From positions 736,001-800,000 of the forward strand of contig CAWCPV010000003.1 of the NCBI GenBank assembly GCA_963797555.1: 64,000 nucleotides of DNA, read 5' to 3'. The position numbers and the translations under genes are program-made. Position 1 is the stretch's first letter; each line of letters starts with the position of its first letter. Source of the stretch: an uncultured Gammaproteobacteria bacterium. Its GTDB lineage: Bacteria > Pseudomonadota > Gammaproteobacteria > CAWCPV01. This document shows, in pieces, positions 42,771-54,100 of the stretch. The notes beneath the pieces are model-generated. The model was not told the DNA's origin. It saw nothing but the letters and a program-made list of their open reading frames with translations, and ran no database searches.

Positions 42771-43469
42771 TCATCTTTTCTCGGCCTGCCCACACACCCC
42801 CTTGGATGCTGCACGCCGCTGCCCCAGCGCCTCGACTTGGTCCCTGAACCGCTCGCCACCGAGCGCCCAGCCCTTGTGCGTGCATTCGCGGATCTCCCTC
42901 AGGTCGTTGCCGGAGACGGCCGCCCGGAACAATTGCCGGTAGGCTCCTTGCCGGTCTGCCGCAGTGCGGCCCAATCGCAGATATTCCTCGTGCGGCCTCA
43001 TCCAGTCTGCGTTCAATCCCGACTCGCCATGCGCATGGTAACGGTAGCTTGACCAGGGGTAATCCCTGGGGTGCGCCACCAGGCCCGCCCGCACCGGGTT
43101 GAGCTCGATGTAACGCATCAGCGTCAGCAGATACCGCTCGCTATCGACCACCGTCGCCCGGTAGCGGCCTTCCCACAGGGTGCCGCTGCGCCGGTACGTG
43201 AAATTGAAGTACTGCACATAACGCCGACCCACTGACTGGAGGACTTTGCTGATGCTGTGGTCGAGTTCAGGCGTTGCCAGCAGATGGATATGGTTGGTCA
43301 TCCAGACATACGCGTGGATCGCCAGAGCATGCTGACTTGCCGCTTCCACCAGGGCATCGCGAAAAAACTGATAGTCCGCCTCCGCGGCAAAGATGACCTG
43401 GCGGTTGTTGCCGCGCTGGATGATGTGCTGCGGCTGCCCAGGGATGACGTAGCGGGGAAGGCGAGCCAT
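42771..43469 (-). mobile_element. RAYT-type (IS200-like Y1 HUH) transposase, full-length copy
   Basis: MARLPR...HIIQRGNNRQ.IF, YVWMTNHIHLL (HUH), GTLWEGRY, RYIELNPVRAG, YPWSSY; bracketed by inverted GGGGTCA(G/C)ACACG motifs at 42756 and 43523. Confidence 0.92.
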
Positions 43470-43572
43470 GGCGGTTCAGGTCGTGAGGTGACTGGACGAA
43501 GCATAGCACAGATATCGGATATCGTGTCTGACCCCATTCGTCTTTGCAGATATCGGATATCGTGTCTGACCC

Positions 43573-45072
43573 TAATGGCACTTACTTAACCTTTTTCGGA
43601 TGTCCGTTCTCGCGGATTTCTTCCCGTACGAGCTGTCTTGGCTTGCAGAGCAGCGGAAACGGTTTGGGTCGGCGTTTGACCGCTCTTGGCTCGACGCGCC
43701 GGGGGCGTTTCCCGACCCGCTGCTCGGCGATCATCACGAGTAAGGCAGACAGAGTGACGGGGTCCTGCGCCCCGCCACGTTGCTGCCACACTGTCCAGAT
43801 CTGGACGGTATGCTTGAAGCTGAGCTGGCGCGGGGTCTGATCGGCCAGCCAGGCGGCCTGGGCCATCAGCAACCGGATCAGATTGTAGGCCAGCAGATGA
43901 ACCCAGACCTCTTTGATCGCCATCTCCGGGGTCTTGCAGCTCAGCATCTCCATGCCGAGCGTGGTCTTGATGTGGCGTAAGTCCAGCTCCACGTGCCAGC
44001 GCCGGCGATACAGCGTCTTGAGGGCGGGCTTCGGAGTGTGCCTGGGGCAGCAGAGCTGGTGACCAGGGTCTTGCGGCCGGTGTGTAGCTCGCGCACCTGC
44101 AGGCTCTCGGGGGCTTGCTGTAGTCGGCCTGGCGCATCCAGTCGGGCTTCTTGGGCTTGTGCAGCACGATGAGGTGGTCGCGCTCGCCGAGCTTCTCGCC
44201 CACAGAGAAGTCGATGCTGCGTCGCCGTGCCCCGTACTGTTCGAATACTCCGTCCACGCCCCGTTGCACCAGCTCGGAGAGCAGGAAATAGGTCGCGTAG
44301 AAGGCATCCCCCAAGAGGATGTCACCGGGGCGCAGGGTATCGAGCTGGGAGCGCAGCAGAGTCTGTTCATCGCTTCCCTTGCCTTGGCACGGGCCAGTGG
44401 CCACATCGAGCAACCGCCACTGCCCAGGCACAGCAAAGCGACCAGGCGGCACTGGGGAAAGCCCAGGCCCGCCTTCTGGCTGGCCGGTTGCGGATAGGCC
44501 GCTTGATTCTCCGGTGTATCCGGCAGCACCACCGTCGCCCCATCGACCAGACGCACCGGGCGACCCTGCCAGTGCCACATCGCCGGGGCACCCTCGGCGA
44601 TGAGCCGCCCGGTGTGGCGGCACAGCCGCGTGACCATCTGAAGCGGCAGGCGCTGTCGTGCCTTGCAGTACGCCCCGGTGTGGGTACTGCATCGCGGCAG
44701 GCCGCCCACCAGGCGCTTGACCGCAGCATCATTCACCGCTTGCTGGCAGGAGCGGTCCGCCGAGAGCGTCTGCGCAAGAAACATCGACAGCGTCTCGGTG
44801 GGTGCAAACAGCCGCTCACGGTGCTCCGGCAGCAGCGACTCGACTTGCTCGAACAAGCGCGGGCCGGTGAGCAGGTTGAAAAACGCGTAGGTATCCGTGT
44901 TGGCAGCCTGATGACGAACCCGTCGCTGTTGCTGAACGCAGGCGCAGTGGCTAGGATGCATGAGGGCTGGCTCCCTGGGTGATGGACGTTGTGTTTGGCG
45001 ACTCAACAGCCTATCACCTACGCCAGCCCTTCTGCATGCAAATTCAGTCAGTTGCGCTTAAGTAAGTGCCAT
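43573..45072 (-). mobile_element. IS4-family element copy 1 (DDE transposase frameshifted)
   Basis: TIRs taatggcacttacttaa / ttaagtaagtgccat; LVDGATV, LGDAFY, LYRRRWHVELDLRHIKT (YREK); flanked by direct repeat cgtgtctgaccc. Confidence 0.93.
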
Positions 45073-45095
45073 CGTGTCTGACCCCATTCGTCTTT

Positions 45096-45317
45096 GATGA
45101 TGCTGTGGTCGAGTTCAGGCGTTGCCAGCAGATGGATATGGTTGGTCATCCAGACATACGCGTGGATCGCCAGAGCATGCTGACTTGCCGCTTCCACCAG
45201 GGCATCGCGAAAAAACTGATAGTCCGCCTCCGCGGCAAAGATGACCTGGCGGTTGTTGCCGCGCTGGATGATGTGCTGCGGCTGCCCAGGGATGACGTAG
45301 CGGGGAAGGCGAGCCAT
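45096..45317 (-). pseudogene. RAYT copy 2: 5' fragment nearly identical to copy 1, cut off at the end motif
   Basis: Sequence 45098-45392 matches 43250-43544. Confidence 0.9.
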
Positions 45318-45394
45318 GGCGGTTCAGGTCGTGAGGTGACTGGACGAAGCATAGCACAGATATCGGATATCGTGTCTGACCCCATTCGTCTTCC

Positions 45395-45787
45395 GCCAGC
45401 GCCGCCCGCACCGGGTTGATCTCGATGTAGCGCATCAGCGTCAGCAGATACCGCTCGCTATCGACCACCGTCGCCCGGTAGCGGCCTTCCCACAGGGTGC
45501 CGCTGCGCCGGTGCGTGAAATTGAAGTACTGCACATAATGCCGACCCACTGACTGGAGGACTTTGCCGATGCTGTGGTCGCATTCAGGCGTTGCCAGGAG
45601 ATGGATATGGTTGGTCATCCAGACATACGCGTGGATCGCCAAACCATGCTTCCCTGCCGCCTCCACCAGGGCATCCCGAAAGAACTGATAGTCCGCATCT
45701 GCGGCAAAGATCACCTGGCGGTTATTGGCGCGCTGGATGATGATGCTGTGGCTGCCCAGGGATGACGTTGCGGGGAAGGCGGGCCAT
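45395..45787 (-). pseudogene. RAYT copy 3: diverged 5' two-thirds, cut off at the end motif
   Basis: MARLPRNVIPGQPQH...YVWMTNHIHLL...RYIEINPVRA, then the motif; one frameshift. Confidence 0.9.
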
Positions 45788-45947
45788 GGCGGTCCGTGTC
45801 GTGAGGTGACTGCACGAAGGATAGCACAAAATATCGTGTCTGACCCCATTGACCCCATTGCCTTGCCTGCCATTGCCTTGCCTTGTGTCGCGAAGGGTGA
45901 GACCGGTCAATCCGACATGCGCTCCTCATACACCCTCAAGCTTGCTC

Positions 45948-46820
45948 TCAGTTTAATGACCGCGGATAGTCAAACGGATTTTCATTGAGCTCGATCAGGA
46001 AACCCTCCGGCGCGCTCCTTTTGAAATAGATCTCCCAGTCGTTATTTGGAATGATAACGTCATTCTCGCCGATCCTAATTCCGATCGGTCTGCATTTCAC
46101 GTCCTTTCCGAATACCGCGTAGACAGCCATATCGACGAACACCTCGTTATCAGGATTGCTGCTTCTCAGATGCGTATCCTGAATAGCAAACGATTTAAAT
46201 CTGCCTCGCCCGTCGTTCAACGCGACAAGATCCTTGACCACAATTGGGAACTCGTGGGACCCGTCAAACTGAACAAACACGCCGCTTGGGTGACCCGGCG
46301 CACCGCTGCTTTTCACGTAGCTCGGGAAATCGCCGTGAAAGATGCGCACTCTGCGCGCAAGAGTCGGAAAAATCGCGAGGAGCCGTTCGTAAGCAAAACC
46401 AAGATAGTGGGGATTCACGTCGATCAGATCGAGCGTGAAGTCGAAGTCCTCTGCAGCTTGGATCAGGAACTGAGATGCACCGCCGAGAAATACGCCGACC
46501 TCGCAAACATGTTTGATAACGCCGCGATTCTTCTCGATATAATCCATCAAGTCCAGGTAGTATTGCCCCGAGCACTGCTCCGCGTGTGGCACAAACGTCC
46601 CGTCCAGGGCCGACAGGTATTTATCGAAGAACGCGCTCCTGCCTCGCAGGGAATCGTGCACTGCGGAACTCCAGGGCTCGCGGGATACCAATTGAGGCTC
46701 AAGATTGTATTTCTTGACGATATCGCCGCCCTCGCTACATCGGCTGACATCGAGGAACGTACCGAAGGTGGGGGTGGTTCGAAGGTAATTGATGACCTCG
46801 TTCTGCACTTGTCTACTCAT
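45948..46820 (-). CDS. Class I SAM-dependent methyltransferase (Methyltransf_24-like), lower GC than flanks
   Basis: VCEVGVFLGGAS, DLIDVN, VQFDGSHEF..V..D, AIQDT. Confidence 0.75.
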   Translation of the reverse strand: MSRQVQNEVINYLRTTPTFGTFLDVSRCSEGGDIVKKYNLEPQLVSREPWSSAVHDSLRGRSAFFDKYLSALDGTFVPHAEQCSGQYYLDLMDYIEKNRGVIKHVCEVGVFLGGASQFLIQAAEDFDFTLDLIDVNPHYLGFAYERLLAIFPTLARRVRIFHGDFPSYVKSSGAPGHPSGVFVQFDGSHEFPIVVKDLVALNDGRGRFKSFAIQDTHLRSSNPDNEVFVDMAVYAVFGKDVKCRPIGIRIGENDVIIPNNDWEIYFKRSAPEGFLIELNENPFDYPRSLN

Positions 46821-46837
46821 GGAACCCCTCTCATTCT

Positions 46838-47250
46838 CCTGATTCCGTGACTTCGCGTCTTAGCGGATGGCTGCAACCTGCTGATTTATCGTTGCAGTTC
46901 AGCTAAAATCGGCCCGCGGCTCAACTCACCCGACAGGTGAACGATGAAGCGGTTCATCTTGGAGCGGTCCGATGAGCAATTCTACACCTCCCATTCTGGT
47001 CTGGCCTTGGTCGGTCTTTGCGTCAACCGCTTTAGCGGGCTGGGCAAGGCGCTGAGGCAGGCGATCCCGCTACGCCACGGCATCTCCCATGAAGACGTAG
47101 CCAAGAGCTATCTGGGGTTGATGTGTTTGGGCAAGAGCGACTTCGAGGCGCTCGCCAACGTCCGAGAGGACAATTTCTTCCGCCAGGCGCTGGGGCTGGA
47201 TCGGGTACCCTCAGCAGAAACGCTGAGGCAGCGTCTCAACGAGCAGGGAG
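46838..47250 (+). mobile_element. Truncated IS1380-family element (left end plus transposase N-terminus from 46944)
   Basis: MKRFILERSDEQFYTSHSGLALVG...LGKSDFEA...FF.QALGL.RVPSAETLRQRL; begins cctgattccgtga; cut at the GGGGTCAGACACG motif. Confidence 0.8.
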
Positions 47251-47268
47251 ACAATGGGGTCAGACACG

Positions 47269-48757
47269 AATGGCACTTACTTAAGCGCAACTGACTGAAT
47301 TTGCATGCAGAAGGGCTGGCGTAGGTGATAGGCTGTTGAGTCGCCAAACACAACGTCCATCACCCAGGGAGCCAGCCCTCATGCATCCTAGCCACTGCGC
47401 CTGCGTTCAGCAACAGCGACGGGTTCGTCATCAGGCTGCCAACACGGATTCCTACGCGTTTTTCAACCTGCTCACCGGCCCGCGCTTGTTCGAGCAAGTC
47501 GAGTCGCTGCTGCCGGAGCACCGTGAGCGGCTGTTTGCACCCACCGAGACGCTGTCGATGTTTCTTGCGCAGACGCTCTCGGCGGACCGCTCCTGCCAGC
47601 AAGCGGTGAATGATGCTGCGGTCAAGCGCCTGGTGGGCGGCCTGCCGCGATGCAGTACCCACACCGGGGCGTACTGCAAGGCACGACAGCGCCTGCCGCT
47701 TCAGATGGTCACGCGGCTGTGCCGCCACACCGGGCGGCTGATCGCCGAGGGTGCCCCGGCGATGTGGCACTGGCAGGGTCGCCCGGTGCGTCTGGTCGAT
47801 GGGGCGACGGTGGTGCTGCCGGATACACCGGAGAATCAAGCGGCCTATCCGCAACCGGCCAGCCAGAAGGCGGGCCTGGGTTTTCCCCAGTGCCGCCTGG
47901 TCGCTTTGCTGTGCCTGGGCAGTGGCGGGTTGCTCGATGTGGCCACGGGAGTGCCAAGGCAAGGGAAGCGATGAACAGACTCTGCTGCGCTCCAGCTCGA
48001 TACCCTGCGCCCCGGTGACATCCTCTTGGGGGATGCCTTCTACGCGACCTATTTCCTGCTCTCCGAGCTGGTGCAACGGGGCGTGGACGGAGTATTCGAA
48101 CAGTACGGGGCACGGCGACGCAGCATCGACTTCTCTGTGGGCGAGAAGCTCGGCGAGCGCGACCACCTCATCGTGCTGCACAAGCCCAAGAAGCCCGACT
48201 GGATGCGCCAGGCCGACTACGAGCAAGCCCCCGAGAGCCTGCAGGTGCGCGAGCTACACACCGGCCGCAAGACCCTGGTCACCACGCTCTGCTGCCCAGG
48301 CACACTCCGAAGCCCGCCCTCAAGACGCTGTATCGCCGGCGCTGGCACGTGGAGCTGGACTTACGCCACATCAAGACCACGCTCGGCATGGAGATGCTGA
48401 GCTGCAAGACCCCGGAGATGGCGATCAAAGAGGTCTGGGTTCATCTGCTGGCCTACAATCTGATCCGGTTGCTGATGGCCCAGGCCGCCTGGCTGGCCGA
48501 TCAGACCCCGCGCCAGCTAGCTTCAAGCATACGTCCAGATCTGGACAGTGTGGCAGCAACGTGGCGGGGCGCAGGACCCCGTCACTCTGTCTGCCTTACT
48601 CGTGATGATCGCCGAGCAGCGGGTCGGAAACGCCCCCGGCGCGTGAGCAAGAGCGGTCAAACGCCGACCCAAACGTTTCCGCTGCTCTGCAAGCCAAGAC
48701 AGCTGTACGGGAAGAAATGGAGAACGGACATCCGAAAAAGGTTAAGTAAGTGCATTA
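47269..48757 (+). mobile_element. IS4-family element copy 2 (inverted relative to copy 1)
   Basis: Same TIRs and transposase; flanked by direct repeat gggtcagacacg at 47257-47268 and 48758-48769. Confidence 0.93.
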
Positions 48758-48773
48758 GGGTCAGACACGGTTA

Positions 48774-48835
48774 TCATCCTTTCTCGGTCTGCTCACATCC
48801 TTGGACGCTGCACGCCGCTGCGCCAGCGCCTCGAG
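48774..48835 (-). pseudogene. RAYT 3'-end remnant
   Basis: tcatcctttctcggtctgctcacatccttggacgctgcacgccgctgcgccagcgcctcga matches the 3' end of RAYT copy 1 (42771-42835). Confidence 0.8.
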
Positions 48836-48961
48836 CGGCACGCGTCGGCCGAGCAGGAGGCCGACGTGGCTCACGCCAGTAGAGCACCTGGTGGCGGCGC
48901 CCAGCCGCCTGATGGCGCGGCACCGCAGGGAACCCGCGGGGCGGCCGGCGCCGGTCCACCG

Positions 48962-49120
48962 CTAGCCCGCAACGCGCTGCACATCCACCCGGACCGTGAG
49001 TTCATGGTCCCCTCCTCCCAGAAGCACGCCCTTGAGGGGCGTCACGTCTCCATAGTCCCGGCCCCAGGCCAGGGTGACATAGCGCTCGCCGGGGGCCTGG
49101 TCGTTGGCAGGGGTTCGAAG
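48962..49120 (-). pseudogene. C-terminal remnant of a bacterial transglutaminase-like gene
   Basis: ANDQAPGERYVTLAWGRDYGDVTPLKGVLLGGGDHELTVRVDV. Confidence 0.75.
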
Positions 49121-49306
49121 TCTGACAGCATGAGGCCCTGGACGAGAATGCTGCCTTCGGGTCGGACCCGCTCTTCCCCCGCGTGCGGTGGCCGATCGGC
49201 GGCCCGCTTGCGGGGAAGAGGCCGCTATCTTAACCTCCCACGGTGCGTTTTGGTTCCTGATCTGGGGGGCGGTCGGGCTGCCTCTCGGGAGTCCACGAGA
49301 AGAGTG

Positions 49307-49450
49307 AAAGCTTGCGAAGAGGTCTGCTCGGCGTCCCGGTGGCGGCGTCGCGCGGTGGCGGCTCCTCGCCCATGGACGGGACGAGTCTCGCCGCTGCGCT
49401 TCGTGCGCGTTGCTCTCGGGCCGCTCGCGACGATTTCTTGGCAAGCCCCG
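49307..49450 (-). repeat. Modular MITE-like repeat, copy G (empty form, no internal module)
   Basis: aaagcttgcgaagaggtctgct...gctcctcgcc...gttgctctcgggccgctcgcgacgatttcttggcaagcc matches both arms of copy E. Confidence 0.75.
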
Positions 49451-49576
49451 AGGCAGCAGGGCTCCGGTGCGGACCGCCCGACGGGGTTGGGGGAACGGGA
49501 GCACGCACGCGGCGCAATGTTGCGGAAGCGGTAGCGGAGGCCCGATAGGCAAGGCGCTGAGCGCGAGGTACAAGCT

Positions 49577-50923
49577 ATGCAAACTGCGGACTTCATCGTC
49601 ATCGGAAGCGGCCAGGGAGGGGTACCGTTCGCCGCCGACATGGCCCAGGCGGGCAAGCGGGTCGTCCTGTTCGAGCGCGGCGCAATAGGCGGGACCTGCC
49701 TCAACACCGGCTGCACCCCCTCCAAGGCGTTCCTGGCATCGGCCCACGCGGCCGGCAGAGCGCGCCTGGCCGAGCCGCTCGGGGTGCACGCCCGAGTCCA
49801 GGTGGACTTCCCCCGGGTCATGGAGCGGGTGCGCCGCATCCGCGACGAGTTCGGGCAGGGCGCGGAGCGCCGGCTGCGGGATGCCGGCGTGCGGCTCGTC
49901 CGGGGGGAGGCCCGTTTCGTGGGCGAGCGGGCGGTCTCGGGCGGCGGCGTCGTGGTGCAAGCCCCGGTGGTCGTCATCAACACCGGGGCCTCCCCGTCCC
50001 GACCTCCTGTCTCCGGCCTGGAGGACATTCCCTTTCTCACCAGCAACAACTTCTTCCAGCAGACCGAATTGCCGGCGCGGGTGCTGGTCATGGGCGCCGG
50101 GTACGTGGGCCTGGAACTGGGCCAGGGCATGGCCCGGCTGGGCAGCAGCGTGACAATCATCGACCTCGCGGGCCGAGCGCTGCCCGCCGAGGAGCCGGAC
50201 GTCGGCCGCGCTCTCCAAGAGGCCCTGGAGCAGGACGGAGTGAGGTTCCGCCTGGGAGCGAGAACGACGCGGGTGGAGCACGCCGGAGGCGTCTTCACGG
50301 TGACGCTGGACGACGGCTCCCGGCTGGAGGGGGAAGCGTTGCTCGTCGCGGTGGGGCGCCATCCGAACACCGCCGCACTGCACGCGGACGAGGCGGGCAT
50401 CGAGTTGGACCAGCGGGGCTTCGTCAAGACCGACAGCCGGTTGCGCACCTCTGCGGCGGGCGTGCACGCCATCGGCGATGTGGCGGGCCAGCCGCAGTTC
50501 ACGCATGTGTCCTGGGAGGACTACCGGCGCCTCAAGGGCGTCCTGGCCGGTGAGCCCCGCAGCCGAGACGATCGCGTGCTGGGCTATGCCGTCTACACCG
50601 ATCCCCAGGTGGGTCGCGTCGGGGATACCCTGGAACAGGCCGAGCGCCGGGGCCTTCGCGCCAGGGCGGTCACCTTGCCCCTGGAGAATGTCGCTCGCGC
50701 CTACGAGCTGGGACAGACCAACGGCTTCTTCCGGCTGGTGGTGGACCAGGACAACGACAAGATCCTCGGCGCGACCCTGGTCGGCCCGGAGGCCGCGGAG
50801 CTGGTCCACGTGCTGCTGGCCCACATGGAAGCGGGCTCCACTTGGCGGGTCCTGGAGCGCTCGGTGCACATTCACCCCGCTCTCGCGGAGGGCCTGCCCA
50901 GCCTCGCCAGGCTCCTGGTGTGA
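49577..50923 (+). CDS. Flavoprotein disulfide reductase (dihydrolipoamide dehydrogenase/MerA-like family)
   Basis: VIGSGQGG, GGTCLNTGCTPSK redox disulfide, GAGYVGLE, AIGDV, HIHPALAE; lacks the MerA C-terminal CC. Confidence 0.92.
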   Translation: MQTADFIVIGSGQGGVPFAADMAQAGKRVVLFERGAIGGTCLNTGCTPSKAFLASAHAAGRARLAEPLGVHARVQVDFPRVMERVRRIRDEFGQGAERRLRDAGVRLVRGEARFVGERAVSGGGVVVQAPVVVINTGASPSRPPVSGLEDIPFLTSNNFFQQTELPARVLVMGAGYVGLELGQGMARLGSSVTIIDLAGRALPAEEPDVGRALQEALEQDGVRFRLGARTTRVEHAGGVFTVTLDDGSRLEGEALLVAVGRHPNTAALHADEAGIELDQRGFVKTDSRLRTSAAGVHAIGDVAGQPQFTHVSWEDYRRLKGVLAGEPRSRDDRVLGYAVYTDPQVGRVGDTLEQAERRGLRARAVTLPLENVARAYELGQTNGFFRLVVDQDNDKILGATLVGPEAAELVHVLLAHMEAGSTWRVLERSVHIHPALAEGLPSLARLLV

Positions 50924-51125
50924 GGCACCCCGGCAGGGTGCCCGCCTCACGGGGCTGACCGAAGGATTTCGAACGCGGGCAATGCATGGCTGCGGCCGCC
51001 GCTACGCGCGCCGTCATGAACCCATTGCGCGGGGATGCGCCCCCCACTATGCTACGCCGGTCTCGATCCACGAGTCCGAACAAACACAGCACACCGCACC
51101 GTCGATTTCTCTGGAGCACCCGAGC

Positions 51126-54100
51126 GTGTCCGCCTGCAGCTCGACTGCGCCGTTTCAGCCCTCGGCACCGGTACTGCGTTCCGGCTCCGGCCTGCTCCCG
51201 CTGTACCGCCGCCTGATCCGAAACCTGGGGCTCGTGAGCCTCGCCGCCGGCGTGTGGGCTGCCGACCTTCCGGCGGCCTTGGGGGAGGTCAAGAGTGCTG
51301 CTCAGATCGTCAGCGTCGAGGGACCGGGGCAGATGCGCCCGGACGAACGCGCGAACTGGCGGCCCGCAGTAGCGGATCAGGATCTCTTCGCGGGAAACTT
51401 CGTACGCACGGGCGCTTACGGCCGCATGGGGCTACTGTTCCGGGACCGTACCCAGGTGCGCCTCCACCAGCGGACCCTGCTGCAGATCAAGGAGGTGCAG
51501 GACGCGGCGCGTCAGACCGGCACGACCCTGCTGCGCCTGAGCCTGGGCCGCGCGTGGTCACAGACCAAGACGCCGCCGAAAGAGCTGTTCATGGAAACGC
51601 CCTCGGCGACGGCGGCCATCCGCGGCACCGACTGGGAGCTGGAGGTCGCCGACGACGGCCGTTCGACCCTGACGGTGTTCAGCGGGGAGGTGGACTTTTT
51701 CAACGATTTCGGGAAGGTCACCGTTCCGGAAGAACGAACAGGCCCTGGCCGAGGTGGGCAAGGCCCCCCTCAAGTTGATCATCGTCAATCCCCGGGACCG
51801 CGTGCAGTGGGTCACCGCATATGCCGTGGAACCCCTGCGGCACATCTACCTTCACGGGTCCCAATTGGACGCGCTCAGGCGCGACCTGGCGTCGGCCCAG
51901 GGTGACCGGCCCGACATCCGCGTGCGCCGCGCCCGCATCCTCGCGGACCTGGGGGACTGGACGCACGCGGAGGCTGAATTCCAGGCGGCCCATGGCGCCC
52001 AGCCGGAGGCTGCCGGACCCATGCTCGGTCTCGGCTTCGTGGCCCTCAAGCAGGGTCATCCCAGGCAGGCCACGGGATGGTTCGACCGCGCTGCGGACGG
52101 TGCCGAGGCACAGGATCGGGAGGTGCTGGCGCTCGGGCGGGTCGCCGCCGACATCGAGTCCGAGCACGTCGCGTCAGCCGTCGGCGCCCTCCAGGACATG
52201 CTCGCAGCGCCGTCTCGGCAACCCGCTCCGTATCTGCTGCTGTCCGATCTCATGGTCCAAGACGGAAGGCTGGACCGTGCGACCGAGTATGCCCAGATGG
52301 GTCTTGCCCGCTTCCCGGACGACGCTCGCCTTTACAGCCAGCTCGCCCGCGTGTACCTGGTCGCCGATCTGTCCGCGAAGAGCGCTCAGGAAGCCCGGCG
52401 CGGCCTGGCGCGGGATCGCGACTCCTATGAGGCGCGCATCGTCCTGGGCGATCGCGCCCGCGTCGAAGGGGACGCCCAGGGCGCGCTGCACGCCTATTCC
52501 GAGGCCGCGGACTTGAAGCCGGCCGACGACCGTGCATGGTACGGACGAGGCGTGGTGCAAAGCGAGCGCGAATACGTCCGGCAGGCGCGCCAGGACCTCG
52601 GAAAGGCCCTGGAGCTGAACCCGGCCGGGCCGGGGTACGAGGGCGAGCTGGGCACGCTGGAAACCTTCGCCAACCGCTTCGACGCAGCGGACAAGGCGTT
52701 CCACACGGCCCTGAAGGCCAAGCCGGACGACTACGTGGCCCTCACCGGTCTGGGGCTCCTCGACCTCAAGCGCGGACGCACCCGGCAGGCGCTGGATGCT
52801 TTCCTGCGGGCGGGCTTGCTGGAGCCGCGTTATGCCCGGGCCCACGTGTACACGGCAGTGGCCTACTACCAGCTCGGGCGCGTCCCGCAGGCATTGGAGG
52901 AGCTGCAGCGCGCAGCCGAGCTGGACGTGAAGGACCCTCTCCCCCACTTTCTCGCCAGCATCATCTACACCGACCTGTTCCAGGCCGACCGGGCCGTGCA
53001 GGAGGCGCGCCAGGCGCTCGAGCTGCTGCCGTACCTGAAGTCTCTGAACGAGATTCAGACCAACCGGCAGGGCACAGGCAACCTGGGCCAGGCCTTCGCC
53101 TTCTTCGGCATGGAGGAGTGGGCCAAGAATTACGCGCAGGAGTCCTACTATCCGTTCTGGGCCGGCAGCCACCTGTTCCTGGCGGACCGCTATCCGGGAC
53201 TGTTCGACAAGAACTCCGAACTGTTTCAGGGCTTCATCGCCGACCCTACCGTGTTCGGGGCGAGCAACCGCTTCCAGACCCTGTTCACCAAACCGGGCTA
53301 CTACTTCACCGGCGGCATCACAGGAGGTGGGAGCAACGACGCGGACGCTTACCAGCCCATCGCCCAGGCGAATGGGCTCAACAACGCCGCCCTGCCCTTC
53401 TCCTACTTCCTGAACTACGAGCCCTTGAGGGCGAATGGGAACCTCGGACCGATCGACCAGGACTCCTACACCGCCGCCATCGGGCTCGTGCCGACTCAGG
53501 AATCCGCCCTGTTCGTGTTCGGCAATCGCGACGCCTAGATGGTGTGTTCGCGGGCTTCCAGTCCGATCTGCGCGACCGCTTGGGGTTGCAGCGCGGGGAC
53601 GCCGGCGGGATGACGCCGAACGTTGCGTAGTCGGCGCTCCGCGGGTGGCGGCGCGCACTACAAGCTCTCGCCCACCTCGCAGGTGTGGCTGAAAGTCGGA
53701 CGGTTCGAGTCGTCCGATCATAACCACGGCACCCTCGACGGGACGCAAGTGGACTCCCAGACGGACGTGGGGGAGCCGGAGTACGCCCTGCGGCACAGCT
53801 TTGCCCTGGGCCAGCGGCACGAGGTCACGTGGGGAATGGAATACGCCAACCGCGATACGGGTTCCCAATTCAGCGAGCTGCTGTTTCCGGAATTCAACGG
53901 ATCCTTGCTGACCGACATGCAGTTCCGGGACGAGTCCTGGGAGTTCTACGTCTCCGACCGGTTCAAGGCCACTCCCCGCCTGCTCATCGAGGTGGACCTG
54001 CTGTACCAGCGCTGCAGCAGCTCTTCTCCTCCTCCACGGAGCGGTTCAACCCCGGCCAAGTGAGCCCCCGCGTCGGCCTGGTTTACGGTTTCGGGGGCAA

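Noticed and set aside
43573-48757. Composite transposon formed by the two inverted IS4 copies
   Set aside because: Each copy has its own flanking direct repeat and the outer flanks are inverted rather than direct, so there is no evidence the block moved as a unit (it remains potentially mobilisable).
49577-50923. Mercuric reductase merA
   Set aside because: No C-terminal Cys-Cys pair, no NmerA domain and no mer operon genes nearby.
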